Below are positions 1-8,734 of a stretch of 64,000 nt of DNA, in pieces. This stretch comes from an uncultured Acidobacteriota bacterium (lineage in GTDB: Bacteria; Acidobacteriota; Vicinamibacteria; Vicinamibacterales; Fen-181): positions 344,491 through 408,490 of the forward strand of contig CAVSGZ010000013.1 in assembly GCA_963727765.1 (NCBI GenBank). The letters are read 5' to 3'. How positions within the stretch are numbered: position 1 is the stretch's first letter; each line of letters begins with the position of its first letter. Below the pieces are notes generated by a model, which worked only from the letters and a program-made list of their open reading frames with translations, was not told where the DNA came from and did no database searches. The position numbers were made by a program, and so were the translations under genes.

Positions 1-836
1 GCCTTGCGATCGTTGATCTTGTCGATCGCCTCGAGGCCGCCGAGCGAGACCAGCCACTTCATCACGAGGCCGATCATGTAGATCGTGAAGACCGGCGGTG
101 TGTTGTAGAGCGAATGCTCCGGCACGTGCGTGCCGTACTGCAGCATGATCGGCAGAACGGCGTACGACGGCCGCTCGGCCGCCTTCTTGACCAGGTCGTC
201 GCGGACGATCACCAGCGTGGCGCCGGCCGGGCCGAGGTTCTTCTGCACGCCGGCGTAGATCAGGCCGTACTTGGTGACGTCGATCGGCCGGCTGAACATG
301 TGCGAGGACGTGTCGGCCACGACGGTGGCGTCACCCAAGTCGGGCAGCTTCTGGAACTCGACGCCGTGGATCGTCTCGTTGGTCGTGATGTGGATGTAGG
401 CGGCGCCCGGCGTCAGCTTCAGCTCTTCCTTCTTCGGAATCCGGACGTAGTTCTCGGCCTTGTTGTCGAAGGCGACGTTAACCGCGCCGACCTTCTTGGC
501 CTCCTTCACCGCCTTCGACGACCACGCGCCGGTGACGATGTAGTCGGCCCACGAGCCGGCGGGCAGCAGGTTCATCGGCACCATCGAGAACTGCGTCGTC
601 GCGCCGCCCTGCAGGAACAGGACGTGGTAGTTGTCGGGAATGCCGGCCAGCTTGCGGATGTTGGCCTCGCATTCGCCGATGATCGCCTCGAACGTCTTGG
701 ACCGGTGGCTGATCTCGAGCACCGACATGCCGACGCCGGGGAGCGCCACCAGGTCGCGCTGCGCTTCCTCCAGGGCGGGCAGCGGCAGGACGGCGGGTCC
801 GGCCGCGAAGTTGAACACTCGGGTGGTGGTTGCCAT
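1..836 (-). CDS. serC: phosphoserine aminotransferase (C-terminal end lies outside the window)
   Basis: Absent from the ORF track because it runs off the window start. The reverse-strand ATG at 836..834 gives MATTTRVFNFAAGPAVLPLPALEEAQRDLV..SHRSKTFEAIIGE..YHVLFLQGGATTQFSMVPMNLL, a typical SerC N-terminus. It lies directly downstream of serA. Confidence 0.9.
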   Translation of the reverse strand, partial: MATTTRVFNFAAGPAVLPLPALEEAQRDLVALPGVGMSVLEISHRSKTFEAIIGECEANIRKLAGIPDNYHVLFLQGGATTQFSMVPMNLLPAGSWADYIVTGAWSSKAVKEAKKVGAVNVAFDNKAENYVRIPKKEELKLTPGAAYIHITTNETIHGVEFQKLPDLGDATVVADTSSHMFSRPIDVTKYGLIYAGVQKNLGPAGATLVIVRDDLVKKAAERPSYAVLPIMLQYGTHVPEHSLYNTPPVFTIYMIGLVMKWLVSLGGLEAIDKINDRK

Positions 837-958
837 GGATGATCTCCTCAATGACGATGTGAATGCGCTTGGTCCCGCAGACCGGCATTCGGCCTTCGAC
901 TCTCGGCCTTCGGCATCGTGCCGAAAGCCGAACGTCGATCGCCGAGAGCCGGGTTCTC

Positions 959-2224
959 CTACCCCGCCAGCTCGACGACGCTGACGTCCATGATGCCGCT
1001 GCAGCCCTTGAGCGATTCCAGCAACTCGGCCGGCGGCTCCTTGTCGACGTTGACGCGCGCGATGGCGGCGCCGCCGCTGTCGAAGATGATGTTCTCGGTC
1101 TCGTGGGCATTGATGCCCGCGGCCGCCAGCTTGCTGAACACGCAGGCGCCCACGCCCGGCTGGTCGCCGTGGCGCACGATGAGCGAGTACTTCGCCGCGC
1201 TCTTCTTGGCGAGGTTCACGACGTTCGGCACGCGGCCGGTCTCCTTGAACGTCTTCACGATGCGCACGGTCTCGGCGGCAATCGCCTCCTGCGCCTGGTC
1301 GGTGGACGCGCCGATGTGGTGCGTGCCGTAGACGCCCGGCAGGCCGATGAGTTCGTGCGTGAAGTCGGCCGTCGCGCTCGCCGGCTCGCCCGGGTACACG
1401 TCGAGGCCGACGCGGATCCCCTTCTCCCTCACGGCCTTCGCCAGCGCCTTGTAGTCCACCACGTCCGGGCGCGCGGTGTTGATGACGCACGCCCCCGGCT
1501 TCAGCTTGTCGATCACCTGGGCGTTGACGATGTTCTTGGTCAGCGGGCTGGCGGCGAGATGGATGCTCAGGATGTCGCACCGCTCCGCCACCTCGGCCGG
1601 CGTCTCGACCACCGTGATCCGCTCCTCGATGAGCGCGCCCGGCCCCGGCCTGACCTGCAGCAGCAGCGGCAGGTCCACCGGGATGGCGTCGCGGTCCACG
1701 CGGACGCCCATCTCGCTCCAGATCACGAGGTTCATGCCGAACCCCATCGCGCGCCGCGCCACTTCCTGGCCGATCTTGCCGAAGCCGAGGATGCCGAGCG
1801 TGGCGCCGTAGAGTCCCTTGGCCTTCGAGTACTCCTTCTTGTTCCACTTGCCGCGCAGCAGCTCCGCGACGTTGTCGGGGATCCGCCGGTCGAGGGCGAG
1901 GATCAGGCCGAAGGCCAGCTCGGCCACCGCCAGCGAGTTCTTCCCCGGGCAGTTCGACACGTAGATGCCGCGCTTGCTCGCCGCCTTCACGTCAATGGTG
2001 TTGTAGCCGGCGCCGGCGCGGACGATCAGGGCGAGCTTGCCCGCGTCCATCATCGGCTCGGTCACCTGCGTGGAGCGCACGACCAGCACCTCGGCGCCGG
2101 TCTTGGCGAGGGCCTCGGTGAGCGTGGCGTCCTTGAGATCCGGCTCGAAGATGACCTCGCACCCCGCGGCTTTGAGCCCCTCGATCCCGCTCTTCTCGAA
2201 CTTGTCAGCAACGAGCACTTTCAT
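959..2224 (-). CDS. serA: D-3-phosphoglycerate dehydrogenase
   Basis: From ORF 959..2254, with the start moved to MKVLVADKF (ATG at 2224, GAGGGG upstream). Has the NAD Rossmann motif GILGFGKIGQEVARR, 2-hydroxyacid dehydrogenase core motifs and a C-terminal ACT-like regulatory domain. Confidence 0.9.
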   Translation of the reverse strand: MKVLVADKFEKSGIEGLKAAGCEVIFEPDLKDATLTEALAKTGAEVLVVRSTQVTEPMMDAGKLALIVRAGAGYNTIDVKAASKRGIYVSNCPGKNSLAVAELAFGLILALDRRIPDNVAELLRGKWNKKEYSKAKGLYGATLGILGFGKIGQEVARRAMGFGMNLVIWSEMGVRVDRDAIPVDLPLLLQVRPGPGALIEERITVVETPAEVAERCDILSIHLAASPLTKNIVNAQVIDKLKPGACVINTARPDVVDYKALAKAVREKGIRVGLDVYPGEPASATADFTHELIGLPGVYGTHHIGASTDQAQEAIAAETVRIVKTFKETGRVPNVVNLAKKSAAKYSLIVRHGDQPGVGACVFSKLAAAGINAHETENIIFDSGGAAIARVNVDKEPPAELLESLKGCSGIMDVSVVELAG

Positions 2225-2260
2225 GGCTGTGCACCCCTCGGCGTGGCCGGCCACGCCCGG

Positions 2261-3484
2261 TTAGATGAGATGACTGAGAAGACCATCGCGCAGTTTCGGT
2301 TCGAACCACGTGGACTTGGGGGGCATGATCTCGCCGCCGTCCGCGATCCGCATCAGGTCGCCGACGCCGACGGGGAACAATGAGAACGCCACCGCCGCCT
2401 TGCCGCCGTTCACGAGCTTCTCGAGCTCGGCGGTGCCACGGATGCCGCCGACGAAATCGATCCGCTTGTCGGTGCGCGGATCGCCCACGCCGAGCAGCGG
2501 CGAGAGCACCTGGTCCTGGAGGAGGCTGACGTCGAGCGTGCTGCCCACGTCGGTCGAGTTCGCCGCCGCCGTGAGGCGTAAAGTGTACCACTGCCCGCCC
2601 AGGTACATCCCGACCTCGCCCTTCTTCGCCGGGCTCGGCGTCCCGGCACCGACGGCCACGCGCGACTTCAGCGCCGCCAGGAACGCCTCGGGGGTCTGCC
2701 CGGCCAGGTCCTTGACCACGCGGTTGTAGGGGAGAATCTGCGTCTGGTTGTCGGGAAACGCGACGGCGAGCATCCAGCTCGCTTCGTCGTTGTCGGTCGA
2801 CGGCGACCGGTCGGCCAGGTACTTCCGCGTCCGGCTGGCGCTGGCAGCCCGGTGGTGCCCATCGGCGATGTAGAGGCAGGGCAACTCGCCGAACGCCTTC
2901 ACGACCGCCTCGAGGTTGGCGCCGGTAACCGCCCACACGGTGTGCCGCACCTGGTCGGCCGATTCGAAGTCGAACAGCGGCGCGCCCGCCGTCACCTTCG
3001 CGGCCACCGCGTCCACGGCCGCCGAGTGGCGGTAGGTCAGGAAGACCGGCCCAGTCTGGGCGCGCAGCGTGCCGATGTGGCGCGTGCGGTCGTCCTCCTT
3101 GTCGCGCCGCGTCTTCTCGTGCTTCTTGATCAGGTCGTGATCGTACTCGTCGATCGAGTAGCAGGCCGCCAGCCCGGTCTGATAGTGGTTCCCCATCTTC
3201 AGGCGGTAGAAGTAGACGGCCGGCGTGTCCTCGACGACCAGCGGCGCCGTGCGGCGCAGCGTCGTGAAGTTCTCGAGGGCCTTCTCGTAGACCGCGGGCG
3301 AATACGGATCGGTGGCCGGCGGCAGATCGATCTCGGCGCGCGACACGTGCAGGAAGCTGAGCGGGTTGCCGGCGGCCAGCGCCCGCGCCTCTTCGGTGTT
3401 GACCACGTCGTACGGCACGGCCGACACGCGTTCGACGTTCGAGGGTGAGGGTCTGAGCGCACGGAACGGACGGATGATGGACAT
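2261..3484 (-). CDS. DUF1015 family protein
   Basis: ORF 2261..3484. The N-terminus MSIIRPFRALRP..VSAVPYDVV..LSFLHVSRAEIDLP and the internal YIADGHHR motif are characteristic of DUF1015. It sits upstream of serA-serC on the same strand. Confidence 0.85.
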   Translation of the reverse strand: MSIIRPFRALRPSPSNVERVSAVPYDVVNTEEARALAAGNPLSFLHVSRAEIDLPPATDPYSPAVYEKALENFTTLRRTAPLVVEDTPAVYFYRLKMGNHYQTGLAACYSIDEYDHDLIKKHEKTRRDKEDDRTRHIGTLRAQTGPVFLTYRHSAAVDAVAAKVTAGAPLFDFESADQVRHTVWAVTGANLEAVVKAFGELPCLYIADGHHRAASASRTRKYLADRSPSTDNDEASWMLAVAFPDNQTQILPYNRVVKDLAGQTPEAFLAALKSRVAVGAGTPSPAKKGEVGMYLGGQWYTLRLTAAANSTDVGSTLDVSLLQDQVLSPLLGVGDPRTDKRIDFVGGIRGTAELEKLVNGGKAAVAFSLFPVGVGDLMRIADGGEIMPPKSTWFEPKLRDGLLSHLI

Positions 3485-3602
3485 CTGATGACTCGCGGCG
3501 GGCCGCCCGGTATTCCGAGCAGCGCAGAGGGTTACGAAGGGGCGGACACCGGCGGCGGCGAGACCGCTGATTAGCCTTAATTACCGGAAGCGTGGAGGAG
3601 TG

Positions 3603-4856
3603 TCAAGGAGTAGTGCCGCCGCCGTGCGAGGGGCCCTGCCGGGCCAGCAGCGCCAGCAGCCGGTCGCGCTCGGCCGAGAACTCCGGGAGCAGCTTGGCCG
3701 GGATCGGCTCGCCGGGCGGAAGCGACCGCAGGAGCGTCAGTGGATTGATGGCCGTCCCGTTCTTCTTGACCCGGTAGTCGAGGTGAGGGCCGGTCGCCAT
3801 GCCGGTCATGCCGACCCGGCCGATGAGGTCTCCTTGGCCCACGCGCTGGCCGGCGCGCACGGCCACCTTCGACAGGTGCATGTAGTAGGTCTCGTAACCG
3901 CCGGCGTGCCTGAGATGCACCATCAGGCCTCCTTCCCCGCTCCACCCGGCCGAGACGACCGAGCCGTTCGCGACAGCGAGGACGGGGCTGCCGGCGGGGG
4001 CGCCGTAGTCCACGCCGAGGTGCGGCCGGACGATTCGCAGGATCGGGTGCATTCGCGCGCCCGAGAACTTCGAGGTTACCGGTGCCGCGAACTTGAGCGG
4101 CGATTTCAGGAATAGACGCTTGAGCGAGCGTCCTTCGCCGTCGTAGTAGCCGGGCTGACCTCCCGGCACGGTGTAGCGGAAGGCCTTGAGCACGCGGCCA
4201 CCGTTGGTGAATTCGGCGGCCAGTACGCCGCCGTACGAGGAGAACTTCCCCTCGCGGTAGACCTGCTCGAAGGTGAGGTTGAAGGAATCGCCCGGCTGCA
4301 GCTCGGAATTGAAGTCGATCTCCCCGCTGAAAACGTCCGCCAGCTCGATCGAGAGGTCCGGCCCCTCACCCGCCTTGTCCATCGCCTCGAACAGCGACGG
4401 CGCCTCGGCCGAGATTTCGCCGTGAGCCCACGACGGCACGCGGTCCTTCTTGTAGGGCACGATCTCGACGGTCAGGTCTTCGGGCTGCCGATCCGAGGGG
4501 CCGAGCACGCGAAGGAACCGGTCCTCGTCGATCTGGTACTCGAACTTGCGGATCAGGCCGGCGAAGGTGCGCTCCACCAGATAGGCGTGGTTCGCTTTCA
4601 GCTGGCGCGGGTCGAACATGCGGCGCGTGAGCGACGCGATGGCGGGTACGAGATCCGCTCGAAGGTGCGAGGAGGCCAGCAGCGCAGAAAGCGTCGTCCG
4701 AGCGGGTACTTGCCCGCTCGTCGACTCGGTCTCGCGCGCCAAGAACACGTCAGGCCGGCTGGGCGCCTGGCGCGGTGGGGCGTTCGTCCGAGCGCACGCC
4801 GCCCCAAGTCCCACGGCAAGCGCGAGACCCAGGGCGGCAGCAGGGCGGCAGATCAA
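3603..4856 (-). CDS. M23/LytM family peptidoglycan metalloendopeptidase
   Basis: ORF 3603..4856, with a TTG start as listed, so the exact start is uncertain. Has a lipoprotein-like N-terminus LALAVGLGAAC and the C-terminal M23 motifs HLGVDYGAPAGSPV and GMTGMATGPHLDY. Confidence 0.85.
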   Translation of the reverse strand: MICRPAAALGLALAVGLGAACARTNAPPRQAPSRPDVFLARETESTSGQVPARTTLSALLASSHLRADLVPAIASLTRRMFDPRQLKANHAYLVERTFAGLIRKFEYQIDEDRFLRVLGPSDRQPEDLTVEIVPYKKDRVPSWAHGEISAEAPSLFEAMDKAGEGPDLSIELADVFSGEIDFNSELQPGDSFNLTFEQVYREGKFSSYGGVLAAEFTNGGRVLKAFRYTVPGGQPGYYDGEGRSLKRLFLKSPLKFAAPVTSKFSGARMHPILRIVRPHLGVDYGAPAGSPVLAVANGSVVSAGWSGEGGLMVHLRHAGGYETYYMHLSKVAVRAGQRVGQGDLIGRVGMTGMATGPHLDYRVKKNGTAINPLTLLRSLPPGEPIPAKLLPEFSAERDRLLALLARQGPSHGGGTTP

Positions 4857-4901
4857 AGGTGGGGCCAGCCTCCTGGCCGGCCGTGATGTCGTCGCCCCAT
4901 C

Positions 4902-5495
4902 CTACTTGCTCGGCTCGCTCGAGGGCGGCACGAGCCCCTTCAGGCGCAGGTAGGTCACCAGGTTGCCGTAGTGCTCCTGGTCATGCGTGATGTTGCCGAG
5001 CAGGAAGCGCAGCTTCAGCGCGGGCTGCTGCGGCGGGCGGGCGGGCGCGCTTGCCGTTGGCGCGGGCGCCGGGGGCGCCGCGACCGGTTCGACCGCCATG
5101 GCATCGGTCATCGTGTCGTAGACGGCCGAGCAGTAGGCGACCGAGTCCTTGAGCGCCTTGACGAGATCGTCCTTTGCGGTCTTCTTCTCGAAGTCGTTCC
5201 CCTGGTTGGGGTTCTTCTCCCCCTTCGCGCGGGCGCAGTACGAGAACTGCGAGTTGGCCACGTGGCCGATGATCTGGCCGAAGCTGCGCACCTCGGGCGT
5301 CGGCTTGAACGAGAAGTTCGACTCGGGCATCTTCTCGGCCGATCCTACGAGATAGCGCGCGACGGTATCGAAGGAAGTCTTCAGCGCCTTGCTGAAGGGG
5401 TCGGCCATTGCGCCAGCACCCTGAGCGGGCGGCTGTGCGAAGGCCGGAAGCGTCATCACGACCAGGCACACGACGACGAGCAGCGTTCGTTTCAT
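4902..5495 (-). CDS. DinB family protein, secreted
   Basis: ORF 4902..5495. Has the signal peptide MKRTLLVVVCLVVMTLPAFAQ and DinB-like His-containing helices (IIGHVANSQF, HDQEHYGNLVTYLRLKG). Confidence 0.7.
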   Translation of the reverse strand: MKRTLLVVVCLVVMTLPAFAQPPAQGAGAMADPFSKALKTSFDTVARYLVGSAEKMPESNFSFKPTPEVRSFGQIIGHVANSQFSYCARAKGEKNPNQGNDFEKKTAKDDLVKALKDSVAYCSAVYDTMTDAMAVEPVAAPPAPAPTASAPARPPQQPALKLRFLLGNITHDQEHYGNLVTYLRLKGLVPPSSEPSK

Positions 5496-5519
5496 GGATG
5501 TTCCCCCAGAACCGAAATG

Positions 5520-6470
5520 CTACAGCGGATGGCGTGGCGCGGGCAACATCGCCGGGGGACGGCTGGCGTCCGGCTCGAGGGACTGGAGGTAGGCGACCAC
5601 TGCCGATGGCAACGACTTGTGGCGAGGCTCGTCCGCGACGACCTCTTCGAAGGCGGCGGCGGCCTCGACCGCCGTGCGGAACGCCGACCGGATCTGGGGC
5701 TGGCCCGCGCGCAGCAGCCACGCCCGCATGGCCGGCGATCCAACAGAGAGGAGTTCGACAGACGGCGAGGAGCCGTCCGAGAGGGGTGGCTCGATCTCGC
5801 AGGGATACTCGTCGCGCCCGATAGGCCGACCCAGAACGAGCGCCAGCATGACCATCCCCAACTGGACGACGTCGGTCACCTGGTCGAACCGGACGGCGCC
5901 CGCGCTCGGCGGCACCGCGATCCGGAACGTCCTCCAGAAAGCCACCCGATTCATCCCGAGCAGCTCGAGGGCCGGCGCCAGCACGTATTCAACGATAACC
6001 GCTCGCCCGTCGGGGCCGACAACCACGCGCTCGGGCCCCAGCGCACCGTGCGCGAGGTCGGGAAACGCGCGATGGAAGTCGGCCATCGCGCGCACAATCT
6101 GGCGACCGAGGTTTCGGACCACGCCGGGACTGGGAGTGATTCCCTTCTCGGCACCGCGACGCAGGAGGTCGGATAGCCGGACGCCCGGGACGGCGGTTGA
6201 GACGATGGCGAGCTGGTCGGCCGCGCCAGGGACGCGCTCGATCCGGCGAATTGGGGCGAATCCCGGGTGGGAGAACGTCGACAACCGGCTTGCCCGCGCC
6301 ACGAGTCGGGCCTCGGCGGCCGTGCCCGACGAGAACGGCAGGCTGAGCCGGAAGAACTCGACAGCCGAGCCGTCTGGGTCGGTGGCCCAGAACCTGGAGC
6401 CGAGCGCGTCTGCGAACGAGTCCTTCACAACAGTGGCTCCCCAGGTACTTCGACTCGCAATTACGGCCAC
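5520..6470 (-). CDS. protein kinase-like domain protein (probably catalytically degenerate)
   Basis: ORF 5520..6470 with a GTG start. ALGSRFWATDPDGSAVEFFRL occupies the GxGxxG..VAxK position. HGALGPERVVV occupies the HRDLKPxN position. There is no clear DFG motif. The product call is tentative. Confidence 0.4.
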   Translation of the reverse strand: MAVIASRSTWGATVVKDSFADALGSRFWATDPDGSAVEFFRLSLPFSSGTAAEARLVARASRLSTFSHPGFAPIRRIERVPGAADQLAIVSTAVPGVRLSDLLRRGAEKGITPSPGVVRNLGRQIVRAMADFHRAFPDLAHGALGPERVVVGPDGRAVIVEYVLAPALELLGMNRVAFWRTFRIAVPPSAGAVRFDQVTDVVQLGMVMLALVLGRPIGRDEYPCEIEPPLSDGSSPSVELLSVGSPAMRAWLLRAGQPQIRSAFRTAVEAAAAFEEVVADEPRHKSLPSAVVAYLQSLEPDASRPPAMLPAPRHPL

Positions 6471-7087
6471 GATCGTCCTTCGACGCCCGTGGCCGGCGTG
6501 GCTCGCTCAGCACTGAGTCCTGAGGGCACAGATACGTCGTCGTATTTGTGCATCGAAGGACTCAGCGACACGATTCCAGGATACGCCGCTCTAGTCGAGT
6601 AGGAAAAGAGAGAAGGGCCAGATGCAAGACCGGCACCAGGGGGCTCCTGGGCGGGCTCGCTGAATTTCTAGACTTTTCGAGGAGAGATAGCTGAGCTTGG
6701 ACCGTCTTGGGCCCCTGGGCTTCACGCTTCGCGGGACCGGGCGTCAGAACTGTAACTGAAGGACAGAGAGTCGCCGGATACGGCTCAGGCGTGCCGGTAG
6801 CGCGAGCCTCACGGCTCGCGGACCCTAGACAAGAGGGGGCATTCGCGCGGTCCGCAGCAAGAGCGTATAGGCCGGCGTAAGAACGTCGGAGGAGAGTGGC
6901 GAGTCGTTATCGATCGCGTGCGGCTGATCGCGGCGGTTCGCCGTTCGGCGTCAGCAGGGTTGAGTGATTTGAACTTGGAGTCATTTGTCTGCTCGGGCAG
7001 CGACTTTCCAGGCGTCAAGAAGACTCGAGACCCTCACATCATGTTGATTTCAAACCGATTAGACGGCACAGCCGTAGGAATGAGCTA

Positions 7088-7103
7088 CGGCATCGGACTT
7101 GCT
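7088..7103 (+). promoter_or_regulatory. candidate sigma54 (-24/-12) promoter for the PEP-CTERM gene
   Basis: CGGCATCGGACTTGCT has GG and GC separated by exactly 10 nt and matches TGGCAC-N5-TTGCW at 9 of 11 defined positions. It lies about 108 nt upstream of the ATG at 7211. Confidence 0.25.
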
Positions 7104-7210
7104 GTCAAACTGTAGTATCGAGCATCGAGGCTCTTGTGCTGCGGCGCTCTGGCGCCTGATCCAGTCGTCCATCCTGGCAGGTCGTCATACGTCGCGCGGA
7201 GACCGACTTT

Positions 7211-7900
7211 ATGAGCAAGACGTTCGGAAGCATTGCCCTGGCGCTGCTGCTGGCGGCGACGGTCATGGCGGGGCCGGCAAGCGCCGCCACCATCACGGTT
7301 TCAGCCTCGGTGGGGGGCGCTGCAACCGGAACGATCCTGGATAACCTGAACTGGCTCACGGCTGGCAGTAGCAGCGGTGGGACTGGTTCGAGCGGCATTT
7401 CCGTCGCCTTCACTTCTGACGGCAAGGCCGTGACGGGCAGCTTGTCGGGAGAGTACGCCGCGCCGTACCTTTCCGGCGGCAATGGAACTGGCTTCGGCAA
7501 CGGCGACGGCGTGGACACGACGACTTACGTGACGACAGGCCTCGGCGCCGTCACCCTCACGATGCCTGGTGACGAGCTGTACTTCGGTCTGTTGTGGGGC
7601 TCGGTTGACACCTACAACACGCTGAGCTTCTACGACGGCAACACGCTCATGGGCAGCGTGAGCGGCTCCGACGTCCTCGCATCACCCAATGGCAACCAGG
7701 GCGAGGCGGGGACCGTGTACGTGAACCTGGGGTTCGACTCGCCGTTCAATAAAGTGGTCGCAAGCAGTTCGCAGTACGCGTTCGAGTTCGACAACGTGGC
7801 GTTCAGCCCGACCGACCCGGTGCCCGAACCCGGTTCGCTGCTGCTTCTCGGCACCGGCCTGATTGGCCTCGGCCGAGTCTGGCGCAAGCGCCGCAGCTGA
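7211..7900 (+). CDS. PEP-CTERM sorting-domain surface protein
   Basis: ORF 7211..7900. Has the signal peptide ..VMAGPASAA and the C-terminal sequence VPEPGSLLLLGTGLIGLGRVWRKRRS (PEP motif, TM helix, basic tail). The YFGLLWGSVDTYNTLSFY motif resembles exosortase-dependent surface proteins. Confidence 0.85.
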   Translation: MSKTFGSIALALLLAATVMAGPASAATITVSASVGGAATGTILDNLNWLTAGSSSGGTGSSGISVAFTSDGKAVTGSLSGEYAAPYLSGGNGTGFGNGDGVDTTTYVTTGLGAVTLTMPGDELYFGLLWGSVDTYNTLSFYDGNTLMGSVSGSDVLASPNGNQGEAGTVYVNLGFDSPFNKVVASSSQYAFEFDNVAFSPTDPVPEPGSLLLLGTGLIGLGRVWRKRRS

Positions 7901-7935
7901 GTCGCACCGTGCGCACATCGCACGCTCGAAAAACG

Positions 7936-7967
7936 AAGGGCCACCACCGGGTGGCCCTTTTCCTTTG
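7936..7967 (+). terminator. rho-independent terminator
   Basis: A perfect 10-bp stem AAGGGCCACC / GGTGGCCCTT with a 4-nt loop, followed by TTTTCCTTT. It lies 36 nt after the PEP-CTERM stop. Confidence 0.7.
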
Positions 7968-8120
7968 TACGGCGCGCCCCGTCCTCCGCCGTTCGAAACA
8001 CGTCCGGCGGTCTGAAGCGCGTCACGAAACCGCCGCTTCACGCTCGGCGGCCAGCAGGTCCTCGCGCGCGCGGGCGACGAGCACGTGACCGACCCACTGA
8101 AACTGCCGGCGAAATAGAGG

Positions 8121-8546
8121 TCAGCGCTTCGACTCCAGCGCCTTCACCCTGTTCGGCGCATGTGCGGGCAGCTTGCGGTAGCAGTCACACGTCTCTCGCC
8201 GCCTGCCGGACCGCACGTCGGCCAGCACGCACTTCATCCCCAAGTGGAGCGGCCCGGTTTCATACGCGATCCGCTTGCCGTCATCCCAAAACATCCACTG
8301 CCAGATGATCGGCTCGCCCTCGATCCGGCGCACGATCCTCCCGTTGTGCGCGATGACCAGTTTGAAGGCAAAGCGCTCGTCTCCGTAACTTGAATCGGGA
8401 GGCGGCCACTTCAGGGCCTACGCTTCGAGCCCGTGGGGGTCATGGACATGCTTGGATTCGGTCGCCTTTTCGTCGGGCAGCTTGAGTTGTGCGTGCACCG
8501 TGAGAACAGCCGTCCCCGGGATCGCGATCAGAAGGAGTCGTGGCAT
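8121..8546 (-). pseudogene. small exported protein of unknown function, interrupted by an in-frame TAG
   Basis: The reverse-strand ATG at 8546 gives MPRLLLIAIPGTAVLTVHAQ..HDPHGLEA, then TAG at 8420..8418. The same frame continues ALKWPPPDSSYGDERFAFKLVIAHNGRIVRRIEGEPIIWQWMFWDDGKRIAYETGPLH.. to the stop at 8121. ORF-track entry 8121..8333 is its tail. Confidence 0.35.
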
Positions 8547-8734
8547 CGACGTACTTCCGGCTTGTGCGGTCGAGGTCAGCACGAACAGAAACCCCGCACC
8601 CCCGCGCCACCAGCCACGCCTCGGTCAGCGACGACGGGCGATATGAAGGCCCTGCGGCCGTGGCGCCGCCGGGGTCCGATCCGACTCTGACACAACTGAT
8701 CTCCGGCACTGGACAGCCAGGAACGGACCGGGCC

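Noticed and set aside
6445-6448. Another GTACCTGG at codons 8-10 of the kinase-like ORF, with ORF 5989..6513 reading into it (..NCESKY), as a possible sixth frameshift
   Set aside because: The GTG start at 6470 already gives a plausible N-terminus just ahead of the Gly-loop-like region. The upstream frame (MLSEPRRPRASKDDRGRN..) has no recognisable content, so no frameshift is needed.
6940-6990. tRNA-like T-loop (GTTCAAATC on the minus strand) in the long leader
   Set aside because: The flanking bases cannot form the 5-bp T-stem and no acceptor or anticodon arms could be drawn.
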